From contig RBNJ01000115.1 in the NCBI GenBank assembly GCA_003990765.1, positions 1-40,970 on the forward strand: DNA of 40,970 nt. The letters are read 5' to 3'. Shown here in pieces: positions 32,041-40,970 of this stretch (positions within the stretch are counted from its first letter, which is position 1; each line of letters starts with the position of its first letter). A program made the position numbers and the translations under genes. The notes below the pieces were generated by a model. The model was not told the DNA's origin, searched no databases, and saw only the letters and a list, made by a program, of their open reading frames with translations. Source of the DNA: Jimgerdemannia flammicorona (Eukaryota).

Positions 32041-33291
32041 TGCAGGGTGAAAAATGAGTAGACTGGACCAACATATGAATTAAGGGTTGCTGTTTTGTTT
32101 GCTTATAATGTGGCAGAAAAGAACAAAGAAAAAGAACAAAGAAAAGAGAGAGAACAAAGGAAAGAGTAATGTCACCAAAGTGTGACTGAAAAAAAAAAAC
32201 AAGAGCAAAATGAATAAAAGAAAGGGTGATGTCACCAAAGATTTCAATCCAGATAGATCATCCAGATGGATCAATCTGGATCAATCTGGATCAATCTGGA
32301 TCAGATCATGAGACTAATCCGAGTTGATTCAAATCCATCACATAATGAATCTGAATCGAATCTCATCTGGATCAACTCCATTCATTTGGAGCACTAAGCA
32401 TGATGATCTGCTTATGCATGACAGTCTGGCAATTTAGTGGTTCTCCTTATGCAGATTTGGTGGACAACTCAATTTGGCTCACTAGGAATTATACTGGTAC
32501 AGTTTCTTCTGTATTGGCTCACTGGGAATAAACAAATAACTTTGGTAGCAAGTAACTCAGATAACTCAGATAACTCAGATGTCACAGAAACTTGGATGGT
32601 ACAAATTGGGTTCTTCTGGGAATGCAGATAACTTGAAAATAGCAGATGATGCAGATTCTTCTGAATCAGTGGGCTTCTGGGAAATAACTTGGATGGTGCA
32701 GATAAATGGATTCTTCCTGAATTAGTGGCTTCAACTGGGAATATGGCAGATAACTCGAAAGGTGGTAAAGTTCTTCCTCAAACTTAGTAGCAGACTTCAG
32801 GCTTATCTGGCAAGCAAACCAAAAATAGACTTGTTCTTTGTATTGGAAAGAGGACCAGAGTGGAAAAAGAGAACCAATGCTCACAATCTCCTAGTAGTGG
32901 CTGTAGAGCAGGCATTTCTCCTAAGTATTGCAATCCTTCTTGGATCAAGTGGCTTTTGATAGGTGTATCTCTCAAAGTATAGTAGACAGACTTGTCTTTT
33001 GCTTTTTGGATTCAATTTTTGGACTGAGGTTTATTTACTCTTATCTCTGGGGTAATTTATACATTATGGTTGCTATCTGATTGCTATATGGCTAACTATA
33101 GATCTGCTATTTATGATATGTTTGGGTGGACAGCCACTGTCCAGTAGATAGCCACTGTTCACATTATTTCCTTCTTTGGCTATATGGTTATTTATACATT
33201 TTTTGCAACAATGGTTACTGGTTACTATACTATGCTAATGTTTATATCACCTGGTTAGGTTTGAGATTGCTACATTTTGTGGTTTATCACA

Positions 33292-33744
33292 ATAGATATA
33301 TCCAGTATATGAGTAATGTAGAGAATTTAGATTAGAGAGTTTAAATTAATAGATTCAGATTAGATGATTTAAATGAGATGATTTAAATTGAACGATTTGA
33401 ATTAAGTGATTTAAATTGAGTAATTTAGATTAAATAATTTAGATTGAATAATTTAGATTAAGTAATCCAAATTGAGTAATTTGGATTGAGTAATTTAGAT
33501 TGAGTAGTTTGGATTGAGTGGTTTGGATTGAGTGGTTTGGATTGAGTGGTTTGGATTGAGTAGTTTGAATTGAGTAATTCAGATTGAGTAATTCAGATGG
33601 AGTGATTCAAATAAAGTGGTTTGAATAGAGTAATTTAGATTAATCTAAGTTGATTCAGATTGTTTCAGATTTGAGATTCAAATCAAATCATCATATGATA
33701 AATTGAATCTAGATTTGATTTGAGTTGACTCATTTAGAGTACTA
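33292..33744 (-). mobile_element. Left end of a third hAT copy (C), inverted and interrupted by gypsy B
   Basis: Reverse complement begins TAGTACTCTAAATGAGTC (decayed TIR), followed by the subterminal array and CATATACTGGA as at 26219. Confidence 0.85.
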
Positions 33745-33926
33745 TTAATAGCAATAGTCTCAGAGAGAGTGAAAGATCATTTAATACTAATATCTTCCTA
33801 GCTAAAAGGCTTTTTCCTGGTATATTTCTTATCTTAGAACAATAGTAACTATACTTAGTCCTTCTTTAGTATTTCAGAAATTATCATCTTCTGGTAATAT
33901 ATATATAGTAGAGGTTATCTCAAGAG
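33745..33926 (-). mobile_element. 182-bp fragment of a third, very decayed dUTPase-gypsy copy (C)
   Basis: Aligns to about 8681-8858 and 22451-22628 with extensive C-to-T and G-to-A change. Confidence 0.75.
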
Positions 33927-34307
33927 TAGTACTCTGAACAAGTCAATTCGAATCAAATCTGGATTCAATTTGTCATATGCCAGTTTGATCTGAATCTCAA
34001 ATCCAAAGCCATCTGAATCACTCAATCTGAATAACTCAATCTGAATCATTCAATCTGAATAACTCAATCTGAATCACTCAATCTGAATTACTCAATCTGA
34101 ATCCTCCAATTCAAATCCTCCAATTTAAATCCTCTAATTCAAATCCTTCAATCCAAATCCTCATCTGAATCCTTCAACTGAATCCTCTAATCCAAATTCT
34201 CCACATGACTCATATACTGGATGTATCCACAACACAATATATACACATGCATATACAATACATATATGTATATACATACATATGCATATGCAAACATGCA
34301 AACACAT

Positions 34308-36904
34308 ATGTCAACAGATCAGTCTTCAATAGTTCACAGTACTGATGATGCTTCAAGTCAAACATCCCTGATAGTTCCACACCTTCTATGCAATTCTTGC
34401 TCCAAAATCTGGTAACATTATGCTAAAATAGGAGATGATGTTATTTGTAATTATTGTAGGTAAAAAATTAAGATGCACCTATTGACACTTTTTGTTTGTT
34501 TTGACATACATATGATATTGTTTCATCCACCCCTATAAACTGCATCAGCCAGAAGTTCAAAATGCTTGGGGGTATGACTTCAAACATGAATCAATATATA
34601 AAAGACAAGTACTCTGACAAAATAAAAAAGAACATGGAGACAAATAAAATTGACATCCAAGCTGTGGTGGATATATTTATCTAATTGCCTGACCATTTCT
34701 GTACCAACAACACTGTTTAATCAAAAATATTTAGCCATACTCTTTGGCAGAATTTCGAAATTGGCTCATTTGCTAGATTGTGTGTACAGACCAGCCATTC
34801 ACAATCATCAAGAGTAATCAATTGCATAGCATCTTTGGCCTCCTCAAGTATGATTTATATTTGCCAAGTACCGATACTATTCATAAAGATGTCCTGGAGG
34901 TCTATAGGAAGGAGCATGATAATCTCCACCAGACACTTCAGGTAAAATAAGGGCAGTACTATGACCTTTGCAAGCTGAATTATATAAAAGAGCTCACCAA
35001 TTTAACCTTACATTCAATAAGCAGAATTTGGCAGGCAAAATTTTATTTACGATTGACACATGGATATTCCCCAATGCAATTTCATTTCTGGGCATTATAA
35101 GTCATTGGATTGACCTTAATTAGTAGCTTAAATCTCTCACTCTTGACTTCATCAAACTTGCTGGCCCTTATTCTGAAAACAACATCACAGATGCTTTTAT
35201 TAGTTGTATCTGGGAGCTTGGAATCACAACCAAGGTAAAAAAGAGAGGCTTGCCATCAGGTCAGCATTTTGAGGGAGATCCTAAAACAAATCAGATTTTA
35301 TTGGTTATTTATTTTTGCATAAATTTGCTGACTAAATATTTCAAGTACAGATTTTGGCCATTATGACAGACAATGCCACAAACAACTCAACATTTTTCAA
35401 AGTTTTAGTGGCCAGCCTCAAACAGGAAAATGTAGCCTTCAGTACAGAAAGCTGCCATGTATAATGCCAGGCCCATGTACTGAACCTCACTGTTTAGGAC
35501 TATCTTATATACATAGACAAAACATCCAAGAGAGGAGGGGCTCTGAGTATAATTTCCAAGCTGTACAACCTGATTGTATCAGTCTGATTGTCCCCACAAT
35601 GATAAGACAAATTTGCTGTACAGTGTAGGGCAATCAGTTTAGCCCTGAAAGAGCTTATATCAGATATCTGTACATGTTGAAACTCAACATTTATAATGAT
35701 CCAGCATGTGCTGGAGTTTGCTGTGGTATGCATCCTTTTTTTCTTTGGTTGGCTGAAGTAACTTGTTTTGGATGATTGAAGATTTATTTTTAAAAAAAAA
35801 AAAAAACAAAAAAAGCCAATAGATTTAACAGTGGCTGCTAACAAGAAAATATGAGTCAAGGCTCTAGGTGAAAGTGAGTGGGACATACTTAGGAATATTG
35901 TCAGAGTTTTGGAAGTAAGTGGTGATTGCTCTGATTCCATACTCATTTTGTTAGTCTCTATACTTGTTTTGTCTACCTCTATACAATACAACACCTCACT
36001 ATATATAACCGCCAGTATTTCAACGATTGTACAAAGGATATAGTCAAACAAATGAACCTGACAATAAGCTCAGCAATACCAGTATATAACCTTCTGATTG
36101 ACCAGCTAGAGGATAAGCTTGAGGATAGACTGGAGGGTTGTAGTAATTTACAGTTGAGCCCGGATCAGAGAGATGCTGTGGAGGTTGCTTTTAGTAAGCT
36201 CAGAAAGTACTACTCCCAAACAGATACCACTGTATACTCAATCAGTACAGATATGTCAATGTTGGCATGTGGCCATTGCTCCTTCCAAAACAGAGAAACC
36301 CCTACAAAAACTCACTCTCTCCTCTTCTTCGAACAGTGCTGGACCCATGCTTAAAGCTACAATACCATAAAGATCAGGACTGGGAGTAGTACTTCATTGA
36401 GAGAACCAAGTAGGCCATAATCGAAGTGTACTGGAAAAACTATGTACTGCCATAAGGTTCTGGCCAAAGTCTGGACAAATTTGCTGGGGGATCCCTCCTG
36501 TCCTACATTTACTTCAGCAGAAAGAGGAAGAGGGAGCCATCAGTAGAAGAGCTGCCATCAATAGATGAACTTACCATTTATCTCACCAGCAACTGCATGA
36601 TCCTGCTAGAGGGTACAGAGGTGCTCAACTAGTGGAAGATGAATTGTCAGATGGGTATTGGGCCAATTTAACCTACTAATCTAACCACTGCTCTACCCAC
36701 CAGGGTATGCAGCTATATCAAACAGACTTCCCCAGCCTGTGTAGCATGGCTTGAGACTATCTGGCAATTCCTGCCTCCAGCACTCCCATTAAGTGGGTGT
36801 TCTCAGGTGGGGTAGACCTTGTTGCCCCAAAGAGATATGTGCTGAACACTGAGACAATCTGGGCATGTATGTGTCTGAAGTCTTGGTGGGGCTTGGGCTG
36901 CTAA
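34308..36904 (+). pseudogene. hAT transposase pseudogene, copy B
   Basis: Collinear with 26311-28889; same motifs and introns. Confidence 0.9.
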
Positions 36905-38053
36905 AATTTGACAGGTCCTGGGGGTTTATAGATAATTTGGTTGGCCTTATGGAATATTTAATACCTTTCAAAAATAATAAAAAGGTAAAAAACCCTGAGA
37001 ACTCGGCCTGGAGTTTGCAGCCCAAGTGGGCAGCAGTCAGTGGGGTTGGCGGTGGTGGTGAAGAGAGTATGCAATATTTGTGGCCCTCTGCCAGCAGCAA
37101 AGGGTAGCCCCAAGCTATCAGTGCCTGGGTTGGTGGGCAGGTTGGCAGAGGGAGTATGCAAAATTTGTGGCACTCCGCTGGCAGCAAGAGGCAGCCCCAA
37201 GCCACAAATGTCCTGATCGAGGAGTTGGTGAAGGGAGTGTATAAAACTTGCAGCCCTCTATCTATAGCAAGGGGTAGCCCTAAGCTGTCAGCACCTGGGT
37301 CAGTGGGTGGGGTCAGTTAGCAGGGTTGGTAGATATGGGATCAGTGGAGGGAGCATGCAAAATTTATAGCCCTCTACCAGCAGCAAGGGGCAGCCTCAAG
37401 CTGCAAGTGTCTGGGACAAGCAGGGCAGGCAGAGAGAGCATGCAAAATTTGCAGCCCTCTGCCAGCAGCGAGGGGCAGCCCCAAGCTGTCAGCACCTGGA
37501 TCAGTGGGTGGGGTCGGTCAGCAGAGTTGGTGGGTGTGGGGTCAGCAAGAGAGTGTGAAAAATTTGCGGCCCTCTGCTGGCAGGGGGCAGCCCCAGCCAC
37601 AAGTATCCAGAATGGGTGGGGCAGGTGGAGAGAGTATGCAAAATTTGCAGCCCTCTGCCAGTGGTGTAGGGGCAGCCCCAAGCCACCAAGGAGTCTGGGG
37701 CAGAGGGTGCTTCTGGTAGTCAGAAGGTGCTTCTGGCAGTCAGAGGATGCTTCTAGCAGTTGGAGGGCATTTCTGGTGGTCGGAGGGTACTTCTAGTGGT
37801 TGAAGTCCACTACAGATTCGGGCCCCATCACTAGTTCAGGTCCCATGGGCACCCTGGCCCTGTGCTGTAGTGCTGCACCAGCAGCACTACAGAGCAGGAC
37901 CAAGGGGCCAGTAGGGCCCTGCATAATGGCTAAGCTAGTGCTACAGAAGAGGCGCCCAGCCCAACCCCTCACATAAGACTGCCCAACCTACATAAAATGA
38001 CTGCCTAACCCTTACAAAAGACTGCCTATCCCTTGTGAAAGATTACCTAACCC

Positions 38054-39185
38054 TTACAAAAACTGCTCCATCCACCAGTCCCAGGCCTTGATGAGTCTAT
38101 CATCCATTGTGAGTACAATGACTGTTGTGTCTGAGCTCTCCTCGAAGGTGACAGTGCTGTGGTGGTCATGTGATTGGAAGAGAATGGCCATGTTGGCTAC
38201 AAACAGGACTCCAAAACCATAGGTGAGATCATACCAGACTCCTCTACTATCCTCCCTGATTGGGCCCTTCCTTTCTGGGACATAAAACATTACTGGGGTG
38301 ATATTGTTATCTGTATATGTGGGTAGAGAAATGTTATGCCCAACATATCCTGATATGACATGAGCATACAGTTGGGTGAACTCTTGGCCCAGGACCTCAT
38401 ACTGTCAGGCTGTGCTGGTGAATGCCTGCTCTTAGTCCAGCCCTGAGAGCCCTAGCTTGAAAATCTGCCAAAATAGACAGCAACTGGTCAGTCCTTTTTG
38501 CATGCAGGGGAGCAGAAACTCTCCAGGCCACAGAAACCCCCCAGGCTACAGAATCCCCCCGGGCTGCAGCACCCCAAAAAAGCAGAGCTCCTCACCTCAT
38601 ATGGCATGCTAAATACACCAAGAATGTATATAGCCATACTGAGATCACTACCAAGCTGGCCTATCATACACTCTACCAATCTGCTCAAAGAACCCCAGAT
38701 CATGGCCACCATTGCCACATAGGCTATGTTGTGCTCATGTGCAGTTTGCTCTTTGACAGCACTTCTAAAGTTCCAGTAGGGATATAGAATCTTGTGCATC
38801 TCTAGAATTGTATCAAAAAGAGTATATTAGCAAAGAGTGTGATTTATCTAGAGAAGAGAAAAAAAAAAAAGGGAGACAAGTGAGGGGATTTCAGAACTCT
38901 GGAACCCACCCTTTGCCAGTGTTGAAGTATATCTAATTCCTGCCCAAACTCTCTCTCCTTGCTTTTTTCGCCCCCTCTTTCCTACCACTTGGTATTTAAT
39001 GCAATTCTTGCAAATCTCATTTATATGGTGGTGAAGCTCATTGTTGTAGAGGTTTCTTACCATCATTGCAACCACCTCTCTATATTCATTAATAAAGATA
39101 TGGTTCTCTCCATCATTGGTTACTCCTGCTGGCCAATGGACCCCTTGGTCAAGAATGATTGGCTCTGATTCAAATGTAGACTCCC
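38054..39185 (-). pseudogene. Cargo dioxygenase-like gene, copy B (5' part displaced by the LINE insertion)
   Basis: GYVGHNISLPTYTDNNITPVMFYVP...GVWYDLTYGFGVLFVANMAILFQSHDHHSTV. The HxD His has become Tyr (TAT) at 38315-38317. Confidence 0.65.
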
Positions 39186-40970
39186 GGGTGTGGCTGGGGA
39201 AGGTGTTGGACTGCATTGGAGTCCCCACGACATTTAGGGCCTCTATGTTGAGTCTGCTGGAAAGTAGTCGGGCTGCACTAACGTGTAATGGTCACCACGG
39301 GAGGGCGTTTCCCTTGGGAAGAGGAGTACCTCAGGGGGACCCTCTATCCCCTATTCTCTATGCCCTTTCACTGGAGCCATTGATGGATAGAATTCACCGG
39401 AAGATAGCAGGCCTCTCTATCTATGGTATAGTGTGGAAGGTGGGGGCCTTTGCTGATGATATGGTGGTTGGACTTGGATCTGTGGTGGATGTAGAGGAAC
39501 TTCGGGAGACGATGGAATGGTACGAGGCTCATTCCGGGGCGAAACTCAACTGGCATAAGTGTGAGACAATGGTGCTAGGGAATGGGTTGGTGGGTGGGGA
39601 CGTCATTGAAACAATTGTCCCTACTGGTGAGGTGGTGCGATATCTGGGCATCTTCCTCTCTGTCTATGGTTCTGTCTTGCTAAGGGTGTGGTGGGAGAGC
39701 AAGGTGCATAGTTGGGGGGAGACCCTTCGAGGTTGGGGAGGCCGCCATATCTCTTTGGCAGGGCGGGTGTCGATCCTGAATGTATATTGGTTCCCTAAGC
39801 TATGGTATGTGGCGTATCATCTGGACTTCCTGGCGTGGGTAGTGAAGAAGCTCATAAAGGTGGCTAGGGATTGGATTTGGGCAGGGAGGAGGTCCCAGGT
39901 CAGTTGGGATACTCTTGCAAGACCGGTAGTCAGGGGTGGGCTTGGCCTGGTGGATTTCCCTAAAAAGCTGCACTGCCTGAGAGCCTGGTGGTTGAAGAGA
40001 GCTGTGGATTTGCATGGCGGCGGTTGGGTGCCTCTGCTGCAGAAGGTATGGGAGATGCATACGTCCCCTCGAGGGTCCTCTGGGGATCTGCTCTCTTTGG
40101 GAGGCTGAATGGAGTTCGGAGGCTGTGGTTCAAGGGGTTTTGGTGGGGAGTGGCTGAGGGGGCACACCGTATTGGCCTGCGCTGGCAAGGCGATGAGGGG
40201 GAGGTGGCGTGGGGGCCTAATATGTGGCGCTAGGATAGGCTGCTCCTGGGGGGTACTCCCTTGGCTACATTCGATATTGGAGAGGGAGTGGAGTATCAGC
40301 AGGGGCTTGGCCGGGATCTTTGGCCAGGTGGCTGGCAGGCAGTTGGGATCAGAGAGGAGTGGGACTGGGTGGGCATCTGGTCTTGGAGTGCTGAGGTACG
40401 GTGATGGCTCCCTCCCAAGTACTGGGTGGTATGGTGGCGAATGTTGCAGAGAAATGTTATGCTGAATTTCCACTCAGGGCATTTGGTGGAGGGTGGACAG
40501 TTTGACTGCGAGGAGTGTTATGGTGTTGGGCAAGCTGGGGGTTATGTACAGATGCCGGAACATTGGCTGGGGGAGTGTGAGGTCTTGGGGGAGTTTTGGG
40601 CAGAGATAGGAGATAGACTGGGTGTTGGGCGTCGGCTGGTGGGGGAGGGGGGTCGCTGGGAGGACTTAAAATCTTGGCTTGTGGGTGGGGTGGGAGATAG
40701 TTGGCTCACTGTAGGATGGGTATTGGCATTATGGGTGGGATTGGCAGGCCATTGGCTTTTTGTATTTGAGGAGGGGCAGTGGCTGGGGCTAGGTGCGAAG
40801 GTGTTACAGTGGGCGGAGCTGGTGGGGGATCTGCTGACCGGATGGTGGGTGGGTTGGGGTCCTCAAGGAGGACGACATTGAGGTTTAGTGATGAAGATCT
40901 GTGAGCAGAGTGGTGGGAGGGTGGGGATAGTGTTCGACAAAGTGGTCTTTCACAGGGAAGGAGTAGGGGG
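39186..40970 (+). mobile_element. Relatively young 5'-truncated L1/Tx1-like LINE (family B); ORF2 RT to C-terminal zinc region ends at 40881
   Basis: RGVPQGDPLSPILY, FADD, SGAKLNWHK, RYLG, ISLAGRVSILN, RGGLGL. After an apparent frameshift near 40080 comes WLPPKYWVVWWR..CEEC..EHWLGEC. Retains many CpGs. Confidence 0.92.

Larger units (their letters stand above)
25872..32396 (+). mobile_element. Complete hAT DNA transposon, copy A (6525 bp), with transposase plus a second gene
   Basis: TIRs TAGTGCTTTGAACAAAT and (reverse complement) TAGTGCTCCAAATGAAT, inferred consensus TAGTGCTCCGAACGAAT. 8-bp TSD AGCATGAC/AGCATGAT at 25864-25871 and 32397-32404. The LTR rejoins across it. Confidence 0.93.
20144..33291 (-). 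mobile_element. Gypsy copy B (same dUTPase family): 5' LTR, gag, PR, dUTPase and RT N-half; cut in RT by LINE A, LTR split by hAT-A
   Basis: 20144-25528 aligns with 6356-11779. LTR parts are 25529-25871 and 32405-33291, ending TATCACA. More decayed than copy A. Confidence 0.9.
33927..39185 (+). mobile_element. hAT copy B, interrupted at about 39186 by LINE B; right end not in the window
   Basis: TIR TAGTACTCTGAACAAGT at 33927. Collinear with 25872-31116 up to AAATGTAGACTCCC. Confidence 0.92.

Overview
Eukaryotic heterochromatin-like window (probably fungal; this is inferred from short GT-AG introns and the element types) with no host gene. It is a deep nest of transposable elements decayed by CpG/C-to-T mutation. 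Contents: (1) a chromoviral Ty3/gypsy pol remnant and its putative long 3' LTR; (2) a full-length dUTPase-bearing Ty3/gypsy element (2714-13188, minus strand, 4-bp TSD ATAC), plus a second truncated copy and a third fragment; (3) two related L1/Tx1-like LINE families; (4) three copies of a hAT DNA transposon, one complete (25872-32396, 8-bp TSD). The most notable observation is that the hAT element carries a second, convergent, intron-containing gene. Reconstructed from two copies, its product has the N-x5-H-T-D...H-G signature of TET/JBP-like Fe(II) dioxygenases, making it a candidate transposon-borne DNA base-modifying or anti-silencing enzyme. Also notable: two unrelated LTR elements carry collinear homologous accessory ORFs; the dUTPase element has a -1 frameshift signal downstream of protease and dUTPase; and its LTR carries repeated sequences complementary to its own PBS. 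All protein calls are by-eye motif recognition; no searches were run.
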